Source: Azolla caroliniana (Eukaryota; Plantae; Polypodiophyta). From it: 64,000 bases of DNA. The stretch covers positions 19,530,001-19,594,000 of the forward strand of contig JBHGNT010000014.1 of assembly GCA_043228905.1 (NCBI GenBank). Reading direction: 5' to 3'. Positions 26,546 through 38,200 of this stretch are shown one piece after another (the stretch's first letter is position 1; each line of letters starts with the position of its first letter). Both the position numbers and the translations under genes were made by a program. The notes under the pieces are model-generated. The model did not search any database. It saw only the letters and a list, made by a program, of their open reading frames with translations, and was not told the DNA's origin.

Positions 26546-26920
26546 ATTGTGATCGTGTCGACTGGCTTGGTTGAGGGGATCATCCCTAAATTGGCAGGGC
26601 GAAGCCTAGAGCTACCACAAATGCAAACTCTTATTTACAGTAAACATTCGGTTAAGTACGCACTTTGAACACAAGGAAGAAGTGCGTACTTAACCGAGCC
26701 GTGTACTTAGGGCTTTTTACACACAATTTTTTTTTCCCCAAATTTTGTTTTGTCTGCACATTTTAGAGAGCATAGCCCCAACAACCACCAATCAAACCCT
26801 GTTTGCTTCTTCATTGATCACGCGCAGCTGCATAGAATACTATTTCTTCACCTTATCTCTTCTCAACACACTATTTGTGCTCCTATCGTCTTCTCCGGGT
26901 ATGTAGATTTTTTGTGCATT

Positions 26921-27820
26921 TCTAGGTTTTCTAAGACCGAGGGTTTAGGGAACTAAAAAATAATTGGCTGTGGAAGAGTATGTGATGCATGTGTCTTGTT
27001 TTTATTGCTTAATCAGATTTCATACAGTGATTAAGTTCATAAATTGTGGGTTCCTTAGATCAAGGGTTTAGGGAATTCGAAAATTATTGACTATGGAAGA
27101 GTAAACGATGTATTTGTCTTGTTTTAATTGTTGAATTGGAGTCCCTATGGTGATTAGGTTCATAAATTATAGGTTTCTTAGATCGAGGTTTAGGGAAATG
27201 AAAAATAATTGATTGTAGAAGAGTTTGTGATGTATTCGTTTGGTTTTTATGGCCGAATTAGAGTCCATATATCAATTAGGTTTACAAATTATGGGTGTCT
27301 TAGTCCGTGGGTTTAGGGAATTCAAAGATTATTGACTGTGGAAGAGTATATGGTGTATTGGTCTTGTTTTTATGGCTGAATTAGAGCTCATATATCGATT
27401 AGGTTCCTAAATTATAGGTTTCTTAATATGAGGGTTAAGGGAATTTGAAAATTATTGAATGTGAAATAGTATGTGATGTATTTGTCTTGTTTTTATGGCT
27501 GAATTAGACTCCATATGTCGATTAGGTTCACAAATTATGGGTTTCTTAGTCCGAGGGTTGAGGGAATCCGAAAATTATTGACTGTGGAAGAGTATGTGAT
27601 GTATTTGTCTTGCTTTTATTGCTGAATTGAACTCTATATGGTGATTAAGTTCATAAATTATGGGTTTCTTAGGCTAAATGTCTAGGGAATTTGAAAATGA
27701 TTAATCGTAAAAGAGTATGTGATGTTATTGTCTGGTTTTTATGGCTGAATTAGAGTCCATATGTCGATTAGGTTCGCAAATATTGGGTTTCTTAGTTTGA
27801 GGGTTTGGGGGAATTAAAAA
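26921..27820. repeat. Tandem array, unit about 123 bp, about 7 copies
   Basis: ggtttagggaa-like motif at about 26942, 27065, 27187, 27310, 27433, 27555, 27679, 27801. Confidence 0.9.
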
Positions 27821-27868
27821 ACAATAGATAAGTCAATGTGAAATTAGCTAATTAGCTTTATTACATAG

Positions 27869-29618
27869 ATGAATTCAACCCGCAAGCGAGGTGTTGGACC
27901 TCGTTTGAATGATGAACAAAGGCTACAAATTTTGGAGATAGTGGAACAACCATTAGCTCCTTCTCTTCGCAAAATTGGCAGAAAATTTGGTGTGAGTGAA
28001 GGTGCAATTAGAAGTTTGATCAAGAAGAAGGATGAGGTACGAATGCGTGTCCAATTAAAAGATCATAATACAAGGAAAACAACTTTTCGGGGATCTAAAG
28101 GGAAATATCCAGAATTAGAGGAACGCTTGTATGCCTGGATTGATGCATCTCGTAGATTGTCGATTGCATTGCCTCCATCAGTTATTATGGAAAAGGGTCG
28201 ATGACTAGCTACACAAATGAATATTTGTGATGATGATTTCAAAGCAACTTGGGGTTGGTTTAGGAAATTTCGTCATCGCCGGTGTTTGAATACTATTAGT
28301 TTGTATGGCGAAGGAGGGGCAATTGATCGAAATGACCCTCAATTGTTGGCTTCTTTGGAAAGGCTTTATGCTATAGTTAACGAGTATGATCCTCATTGTG
28401 TTTACAATATGGATGAAATAGGCTTGTTTTTTCGATTAGTTCCGAGATACACAATGCTTTTGCCTAGTGAAGATCCTACAACAATTCGGGGTAAGAAAAA
28501 ATTGCTAGATAGAGTTACCTTAGTTGTTTGTTGTAATGCGACTGGAACTGAAAAAGTTCCTATTACAATGATTGGAAAGGCTAAGGAACCTTCTTGTATC
28601 GTTGGAAATTCTTGGCCATTACCTTATTTAGCACAAAAAAATGCTTGGATTGATATCCCTACGTTTAATAAGTGGTTTGATCATGTGGTTGTACCTTTTG
28701 TTCGTTCTCGAACTAATCGCAAAGTGCTTCTAATCCTTGATAATGCTCTTGGACATGCCGAAGCATTTGAGCGTGATGCTATCAAAGTGATTTTTTTTCC
28801 CATCAAATGTCACATCATGGAAGCAACCAATGGATATGGGAATTATTGCAACTTTGAAAAAGAGGTACAAATATCATTTGATAAGAGAAGTTTTGACATA
28901 TCATGATAGTCCAGAAAATGTTAAGATTCGTTTGGAGGATGTAGCTAAACGAATGAGAAGAGGTTCTGCTGGTTTAGCTTTTGGAAAGTCGGCACATTTG
29001 CTAGATGCTGCCAATCTCATTGTTATTGCTTGGAATGAGATCACACAGGAGACACTTTTTAATTGCTATAGAAAGGCAGATATTATTCCATCATTCCGTA
29101 TTAATGATGTTGAAGTTGTTGAAATGGAAGATCAATGCCTTGATGATCTTGTTGCTTTGTTATGTAACTGCAGTTTGCTTGAAAATGCACATAATGTAGA
29201 AGAAATTCGAGAGGAAATCATGGAATGTGTCAATGCAGATGCAAATGAATCAGAAAAACTTAATCAAAATCTCCTTGAAGAGATTGATGAAGTTATAGCG
29301 CAAGCATCCAACACTAATGAACCACTTGCAGATGATGAAAACGATTCAGATTCTGAGTTTATTGAGATGCAAGATATGCATGGATGCTTAAAGGAAGACG
29401 ATGTGATTATTCTTAAAGTATTGCAAAATATTGTTGATACCGAACTCATGGTGAACTCGATAATGACAACAACTTATTTAAGTTCTGAGAAAGCAAACCA
29501 AGTGAAATTAGCTTTATCGAGTGCTCATAGAATTATTCAAGAAGCAAATTCTGTTATTGTTTCTAAGCGTATCGCTAAAAGTAGGCAAATGACACTACAT
29601 GATTTTGGTATGAAATAG
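27869..29618 (+). pseudogene. pogo transposase (HTH + CENP-B-type HTH + DDE_1); one stop and one frameshift
   Basis: KYPELEERLYAW, FKATWGWFRKF, NMDEIGLF, LILDNALGH, QPMDMGII (about DD30D after repair); TGA at 28202, frameshift in the T-run near 28795. Confidence 0.92.
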
Positions 29619-29967
29619 CGAAAGACTTAGAAATCTCATTTTTGTTGATTTTTTGCAATTGTTCTAATCAATCTTAAAGGTATGCACATGACCTTACATG
29701 ATTTTGGTATGAAATTGCAAAAGAATTTAGAAATCTCATTTTTATTAATGATTTTGTTGTTTTTTGAATTATTGGAACATATAGTTTCAATTTGGTTGAA
29801 TGTATTTTTTTGCAAAACAATGTAACTTTTTTGAACAGGATTTTGACATCTATAAAAAGCGTATTTAATAGAATGGAGTACTTAATTGGACACGTACTTA
29901 ACCGAATGGTTACTTTACTTAGGGCTTGAGAATATTAACTAGAGTACCACCAAAGGAAAAGTACAGT

Positions 29968-30400
29968 GGTCCTAAAACTACAATCATAGCACTTGATATA
30001 AAGGGTAGGAGAAAACTAACCAAAATCAATGATGTGAAAGCACCCCATACCATGTTCGGAGCGCCAAAGCATAAGAATGGGTCTATGATCAAGCATCAAG
30101 CTTTTGAGTTATATTAGGGGCAAGAGATAAAATATGTGGAAGGGCCATAGATAAACTTTGGGGCATCAAAACCCCAAAGAAAATGTACATGGTGGTGTAT
30201 GGTGGTCCTAAGACCAAAATGTAGCACATGATATAAAGGTCAAGAGAAAAAGAACCAAAATCAATGATGTGAAAGGTCCCCCCTACGAAGTTTGGAGCCC
30301 CAAAGTATGAGAATGGCCCCATGATCAAGCATGACGCTGTTGGGTTATAATAGGGCAAGAGATAAAACACATTGAAGGGCCCAAGATTAACTTTGGGGCA
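29968..30400. repeat. Diverged tandem duplication, period about 236 bp
   Basis: aaccaaaatcaatgatgtgaaag...tgatcaagcat...gggcaagagataaaa occurs twice. Confidence 0.75.
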
Positions 30401-32940
30401 ACAACACATGCAAAAGATCCCTGTGACCAATATTGGAGCACCTAAAATTATGTTGGGGAAAGGAGAACCCATAGCAATATCAAAGATGTGAAAGAACACA
30501 ACAAGAAGTTTGGTTGTGGCTTTGAACATAAGAGAAGACATGCATGATGGAACAAAAGGTTGAACTTGTGGAAGTGTGCACAACAAACCATAGAACATGC
30601 TCATACATATGGTGCACAATGACCAACAACTTGGATAAAAATCCAAGGTTTGTATGCCTTGAGGGAAAAGAAATGCATGTGAGAGCCAAGGATGTGGTTT
30701 TAAAGGTAACATATAGGGTTAAGCCGTTGGCGAGGATAATTCTATATAAGTGCTAAGATTTACAAGTTGCCATTTGCATCATAACACACATGCCAAGTTA
30801 GTTGTAATGATGCAAATCCTACTCTATGTTAAAATGGGCTTGAGTCTGATGTGTAAATGCATGCATTAGATGGGACACTAGTGCACTTGACATATGATTG
30901 AGACAAATGAATGTGTGTCCACATAAGGGTGATACATTTATTTAAGTTGAGATTGGATAAACATATATTTTTGTGTCTCACATTGCACATGCCGCATATC
31001 ATGTTATGCCAATCTTATATGAGTTTTGTTATTTATTCAAAAAAATTTATGGGAGTAAAAACAATAGATTCGATCAAGAACCACATCTATAAGCACAATG
31101 AATCCTCACATTCCCAATGAATACTCTTTGTACTCATCTTTTTAATGGGAAAAACCAGCCTTTAACCTTTCAACCTCTCATTTTCAATACCGTTCATATG
31201 TGTTAAAAAGAACATATGGAGTCTATTGGTGCATAAGAACCTTTGCATAGTTCAAAAGCATACATTTTCATAAACTCCTTTTAAATATTAACCCCAAGGC
31301 ACTTTACAACCTTCTAAAACTCCATCGCATTGAAAACACATTGTTTTCCAAGTTACATCACAAATCTTCACATGCCTTATCCTTCTTATTATTTTATCTC
31401 TCCTTTGAGAGATTTAGACTAATATCAAAAAACAACTCGAGAGCACATTGTCCAACTGTTTTGTTATCATACGGAATTCCAATCTAGCCAAACACATGCA
31501 ATCATCAACAAACTTCTCTTCCAATTGTTCATGATGTTGCTTGTCATATTCACCATACAATGAGCAAAAAACAATATGAATACGAGTATAACAAACATCT
31601 CTTCCTTGATTGTGAGTGGAAATGAAGCAATGTGCACGGACATTTTGAGGTCAGTTCTAACTAATCTTACATTTTAGACATAGTTTCCCACACTATTTCG
31701 TATTGATTTGACATGTGAACAATTTAACTCAATGTCATGTTTTAAATTAAATAAGAGGTTGATGATAATACACTTAGAATCCAACTATTTTACAACATAG
31801 AGCATTGAAATAAAAAACAAGGTCTAACAATATATTGAACTGTGGAAATATAAAGCATGCTTTGGCACGTTAAAGAGAATCAAGTGAACAATCATTTTTG
31901 CTTGTTGAGCAATTAAGAGGGCAAGAGCAAACTTATTTGACAAGAACAACGAGATTGCTATTATTATCCATTTTCTTGACCCTTTCACACCCTTTGACGT
32001 ATATACCAATAACAATGTTACTTGATGAGAACAAGAGGGCATAATAGGCTCGATAAAAAAATAGATAATATTAACAATCTTGTTCTTTAAAAATAAGAGT
32101 TCTATTGGACACACATTGATGTTTGTGGAGTTGAAATCATATATTGTATGTTACCCTTCAATGAGCTTCTTGCTGTGGTCTTCTTATAAGATCTAGCGGT
32201 TTTCTTAGAGTAAATAATGTGTACCCTAGTTTGGCTTTTGTGAATACGATTTATTGTTTCCATAATCATGATAAATATCTTACTTTCCTATGATATTTTT
32301 GATTTGTAAGAAATGTAAACTGAAAAAAAAGCACTAACTTTCAAAGGATACATTCCTCCATCAAGTTTCAACTCAGATTATGTACCATCTTGACAATACA
32401 TTGGTATGTATATATTTGTGTACTATCATTCGGGCTCCCAAAATCTTTAAATTACACACTGCACATTGTAATTGTAAGAATAAGAGAAGAGCGTGTTTTA
32501 TCGAGAACAAATATATTATTTCTAGTGAAGACGACATAAAAGACTTGTGAGCGAGAGGATTAATAAATTGATTGTGAAAGTTGGAGGATTTACCATGAGG
32601 GATAGGAAATATGATATAATGAGGAGTAACTTTTAAAATTTGAAGTTAATGCCCACTTCCATAAAGAGATCTACGATAAAGGCTTGTGTAAAAGGGGGCG
32701 CTCGACATGTAATATCATTATCATCACCATCAATATAATCTTCTTCTTAATATTATTCTTGAAATCTATCTTCTTCTTGAGTCTAAAAATCTTTGCTTTT
32801 TTCAAATGTGACATTGGTTTCCTCGACTATAACATCCACATTGTCGTCTTTTCGACAAATTCGTGAACGGCCTCCCTTGTCCGTGGCCCCGGTGGTCCCG
32901 CTCAAGTAGCACACGCACACAAGCATCTTCGTGACAACGT

Positions 32941-33583
32941 TGTCGTGCCTTTCGGCGCCGGATTGTTTGCGTGAGTCGGGTGGGAACCGCTAGGGTTTTG
33001 GACTAGGAGAAAGAAGAATATGAGATAATGTTAGTTAGGAAAAGATTGCAAGAAGATATGAAAATCGTGAATCCCACGAGTAAAGTGTATTAATTGATAC
33101 TTAGATTGTAAGAGAGAAATAGATGGCAAAATCGTGAATCCCACAAATATTTTATATTAATCAATCCTTATAAAAATCAATAACCATATACATCTTTTCT
33201 CTCTTCCTTATATAGTGATGGAAGAGACTAAGTTTATCACATGCAAGCATCATGCTTTTTCTAACTTTAGTTTTAATGCACACTACGTGTGCATGATTAA
33301 CTATCTATCACATCTTTTCTTTTAACTCGAGTGTATATGCATGAATAACTTTTTCTATCATGCTTATCTAGAATATTTACATGGGATAAAGTTTAGTATA
33401 ACTTTAAAAACTCATAATATGCAGTACAATGGTAAGGCTTAAAATCGTTAACATGGAGTTACAAGGTTCAAATTTTGCCCTATGCATGTATCACTTATTT
33501 TAACATTTTCTTCTATTTCTTCATATTTATTGAATCGAATACTATATACGTTTTTCACGTAGTGTATGAAATACACTACGACA
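32941..33583 (-). repeat. 3' LTR of Trp-primed Gypsy
   Basis: TGTCG...CGACA termini; matches 54811-55457. Confidence 0.95.
33415..33487 (+). ncRNA. Degenerate tRNA-like A/B-box module in LTR U3 (also about 55290-55360)
   Basis: CAGTA(C/T)AATGG-TAAG at 33422 and GGTTCAAATTT at 33465, offset 43 nt. Confidence 0.45.
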
Positions 33584-33595
33584 CTCGCCCCCTCC

Positions 33596-35284
33596 GAACC
33601 CGCACATCCTCTGGTATGTGTTGAAGTTCCCGATGCTTGTTATTCGCCTTCATCCGATTCTCCCCTTATGTCGACTATCAATTGTAGTCCACTTTCTTCA
33701 TTTTCCGCATCATCGCGATCTTTGTCCGATTGCTCCTCGTTGTCGGTCTTGTCTAAGCTTACATAAGGTTCGTCATTAGTCTGCTTCTTGAAAATCTTCA
33801 CCTGTTTCCCCGCTATAGGCACCCGTAGTACTGTTCCATCCAACTCGCATAGTCGGTAAGTTCCATTGTTGAAAACTTTCCAAACCTCGTATGGCTCGAA
33901 CCACCTTTTAGCGAACTTCCGTATTGTTGTATGTTGATGATCCAAACTATTGTCATAGACAATCACCCAATCTCCTTCTTCAATCTTCTGTGGTCGTAGT
34001 CGATGCTTTGTGTCGAATCGACTTTTGTTCCGGAATCGCGCTTCCTGTTGTCGGTATGTTGCTTCCACTATGTCTTCCGGTCTTCCCTCTAGTTGTCGTA
34101 TTCAGACCGCTAGTAGTTCTTCCCGGCTCATTTCTTCCTTCCACGGTAGCACTGTCCATGTTCCCCGATGTCCAGCCCAATCGGATTCGTGAAATTTGGA
34201 CATTATCCGGTTTTGTTACTCTTTTGTTCTGACTACCCATAGTGGTATACCATTTGGTCTTTTCGGCTCCCTCCAGATTAATCCATTGTTCAAGAAAAAC
34301 TTTTGGATTTGCCGCTTCTTACTTTGGATCTCGACTCTCTTTTCTTTATTGCCTGACAATTCCTCGATTTCTTGTAGCACTTTCCTGATCAACAAACTTT
34401 CTCCCTCGTATTCTTCTTCCCAAAATTCTCGGATTACGTTCACCACTTTGACTCCAATCAAGTAATCTCGATTTGATTTTATCGCCGACACGACTCCCCA
34501 TAATTCCTTTTTAACTTGTGCATATCTGCGTTGCCTTTTGTTGAGAACCTTTACTCCGAATCGGATCGGATATCGTGAACCATCCGAATCGGCTTGATTG
34601 ATGACCCATCCGATCCCGGTTGGACTTGTATCAACCGTTACTATAATCGGTCGGTCATAGTTCGACTTCTTAAGTGCTTCTGCCCTTTGTAGTGATTTCT
34701 TGAGCTTCTTTACGACTTTGGTATGTTCTGGTTTCCATTCGAACTTCTTCCCCTTTCGCAACAAGTGATAGAGTGGGTTCGCAATGTGTGCATAGTGCGG
34801 AATCCATATGTGATAGAATGCACATGCCCCAAGAAATCTACGGACTTCAGATTGTGACTGACATATTTCTTTCATAGCTTGAATCACATCGATCTTGACT
34901 GGCGATGGTCTTCGGCCGTAGGGCTCACATTGATGTCTGACTACCAATATTTCTTCTTGTCCGAATGCCGACTTCTCTTCGGAGAACGTTAGGTGCACAT
35001 CTTCTAACACTTTCGTAACACTTTCTCGCAATCGCGAATATGGTTGACTACGAACTTTTGGCATCCCCGATCATCCATAGTCTCATCTTTTTCTTCCACC
35101 GCACATCCTTTTATCGGAATGTCATCTAGGAATGGCTTCGTTATCTCCGGAATGCAGTCCCGGAGCACATTGTTCATCGCATTCATCATATGTGCGACCG
35201 AGTTCGTCGCTCCTTATGGTAGCGTGCACATTTGGACTAATCCTATTAGTGTTGGCATGGTAATGATGTCTCGGCTCTCTACGA
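33596..35284 (-). pseudogene. pol: Gypsy pol 3' part: RT end, RNase H, integrase C-terminus (integrase core appears deleted)
   Basis: PFLDDI, VRRFLG, VDTSPTGIGW, YAQVKKELWG, KRWFEPY...GTYRLCELDG. Confidence 0.85.
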
Positions 35285-38200
35285 TGTTGTGTAGAATTTT
35301 GTCCAGAGGCGGAAACCGGGAAATATTGGCTACATCGGCGGGTGCACCATGTGCACTCACCCTCGTGTAATTGTGTGAATAATAGGAGTTAAGTCGGGAC
35401 GAAGAGTCCCATGTAAATCGGGATTTATCCCACATTGTAACGCATCCCTCTCCTTATTCTATAAAAGGAAGGGATGGTCCCTTGTAGAAGGGTTGCCCAT
35501 TTTGTATTAGCAGGGTATACCGTTAGACGGAGAGACATTCTCTCTTTCTCTCTTGCTCGTTTTAGTTCTTCTTCTTCTTCTTCTTCTTCTTCTTCTTCTT
35601 CGTCCTTCCGTGCGTTGAGCCTTGGCATCTAGTGTCCAGTTTTCTGCCCTGTACTCTGTGCAAGACCCCGCTCGACGCGACAAGCCCGAGAGCTCCCCGA
35701 CCGGCGGCTTGGCAGTAGACAACGGTTGTATCTCGTGCGACCTAGGTCCGACTTGAAGTCGGTATCGAATCTCGTGGTCTTGTAAATACATATACATTTG
35801 GTTGTGCATATTCGGCTCTCTGTTGGTGTGCGTGTGCGTGTCTTAGTGTTTCTTTCTTGCTTATGTACATGTTCGTGCGAGAGTCGATGTTGCCTGCCTG
35901 CTCACTCTCTCTCTCTCCCTTTGGTTGCTTCCGGTGTGCTTCTGGGGTGCCCCGGAAAGGGTGAAGTACGGCTTCCTACGCTCCGTCACTCCCTAGTCCA
36001 AGACCCCCGTTGTCCCGCCTTTCTACACACACGCGCGTAATATTGCGACATCTTTGGTGAACCCGACGTGAAAGGCGGCAAGGGAGGATGGAGTCGGAAG
36101 ACGATGACCTCGTGGCGATGGTGGCCGAAATGGTGTTGGAGTCGGCACGAGTGGTGATGAGGCGAGAAGCAACGCAACAAGCAGTTGAGCGAGTGGTCGA
36201 AAGAGTCGGCCGTTTCAACGGGGACGGAGTCCCATCTTACTTGGAAGCCTACAACGCGGAAATGGAGGAGCGAGACGTGGACGAAGCGTTGAGGCTAGAG
36301 TTCTTCTGTCGGGTTGTCGCCGTTCGTACGCACGCGGAAGTGAAGGAACTCCGACAAGCTCATAGTTCCTGGGAGGCCTTTGAAGAGACGCTCCTACAGG
36401 CATATGGAGGATGGCGGAAGAGCTGGGGACGGCACGACTTCGACCAGTGGGTAGCATCGGCAAAGACCCACCGGGGAGCGACGAAGGTGTTCCGAGAGTT
36501 CGAGCGACGGCTTGCTCGGCTCCCGGAGCGGGAACAAGGTTTGGTGGGGGCGGACAAAGTCCTATTGTTCATCAGGTCGATCGACCGAGCGGAACGGGAG
36601 GCCATCGGGATCGAGCTCGAAGACGATGACGGAGCGAATGGGCTTACGGAGGACTAGTCGAAGGTCGGAAGGGTGTGCCAATGGCTAGACAATGAGCGAG
36701 CCGAGAAGGCTAAGAGGAGGGGGCGCGATGGCGTGCCATCACAACGGGAAGAGGCCGAACGGCAAAGAGAGTCGGCAAGGGTCGGTGTTGGGGCCAGGAT
36801 TGCGGAGGCGTACGCAACTCTCGAGGCGATGCTCGAGGAAGAGGAAAGATGGAGGCCGCAAGCTGAGATTGAGGAGACGGACTTGCCCCACGCGATGATG
36901 GAAGATCGGTACGACGGTACGACGAGAGAGGGTGCGGAACAAAACGCCCTCTCGACTTGCGGAGATAGAACGGTCAAGGACGAGGCCGAGATACCGATCG
37001 TGGGATCGGAATGTTGGGACCAACGGTTTCGGGGGTGTCAACCCGAAACCCCGGACATCAGAGAAGCAAGCCCAGGCGGTGCTTACGCGATCGGTAAGGA
37101 GACGACCACCGACCATGAAGCGCCGGTGGCTAGGGACAAGGGCGTAAACCGGACGGGCAATTCTTTGAGCCTTCCCACACTTGCTCCCGAGACGATGGCA
37201 GTCGGGACCGAGTGCCCACGTGAGTCCCAAGCGGAGGAAGGCGGCGACGAGAGACCAAGAATCACCGGCAAGACGATATGGGGAAGGAGCGGACGAAAGC
37301 CCCCGGACCCGAGTCCGGAGAAATCGGCATTCGGGCCCGTATGCCCATGTAAGACCGAGGAGATGGATGGTGGTACCGAGGAGTCCTGGCACGATGCCAG
37401 CGAAGATGGATGGGAGATGGCCAGCGACAAGGTCGACGAAGAGACCAAGGAATGACCCGACCGGGGACCGAACCGCGCGATGCTCCGATACGGGTGGAGC
37501 GTAATCCGGTCGTGGATTGTTCGATCGAGGCCGGATTCGGCATAAAGGTGCCGATACGGGAGAGGGTGCGGGATGAGCAAGACCGATCGGGCGAAGGTCG
37601 GGAAATGGAAGGAAGGTGATCAAAGGTTCGGAACGAGTCTGGCAAAGTCGGCATCGGAGCCGAAACTCCGGACATTGGAGAATCAAGCTCAGGTGGGGCT
37701 TGATTGATCACAGAGCGGATGCTATCCACCGACACCAGTAAAAGGGGCGGTGGCCCGGGCGAGTCGCCGAAAGACGTTGAGAAATCAGTTACGCCACATC
37801 CTATCCGGAGACTTCGGCTGTTCGGCTGACGTGGCAACGTAAGACCAAAGAGAAGGAAGATTGAGGCGGGAAAGCAGCAAGGAGAGCGACGACGAGTTCG
37901 GGAGAAGTGCGAGGAACGAAGACCGGTCCTAGGAGATCTTCACACTGATCCAGCCGACGACTCGAGTGCTGGCGTGAGTCCTATAGGAGAGATCGGTGGC
38001 GACAGGAGAACGGGACCCGAAAATCCTGAGAATGACGAACGGACCTGGACGAGAACCGGGCAGAGCGGACTTCCGGATAACCATTCCGGTAGGGAGGAAG
38101 AGAGCAGGCCTACGAAGAGGCCGGGAACACGCTACGTCGGTACCACAGGAGAGGGTGTGGAGCGAGCCACCCTCTCGACTTGAGAAAGAAGGAAGACCCG

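Larger units (their letters stand above)
9713..26615 (-). mobile_element. 5'-truncated L1-type LINE (about 2.8 kb of own sequence), split by nested insertions
   Basis: TSD cacaaatgcaaactc at 9698-9712 and 26616-26630; T9 run at 9713-9721 is the poly(A) tail on the minus strand; RT motifs on the minus strand. Confidence 0.85.
26638..29915 (+). mobile_element. pogo/Tigger-type Tc1-mariner DNA transposon
   Basis: 23-bp TIR cagtaaacattcggttaagtacg / cgtacttaaccgaatggttactt, TA on both flanks, transposase inside. Confidence 0.92.

Noticed and set aside
26545-26615. 5' inversion (twin priming) of the LINE
   Set aside because: Only a weak IIPK motif on the plus strand; cannot be supported without a consensus
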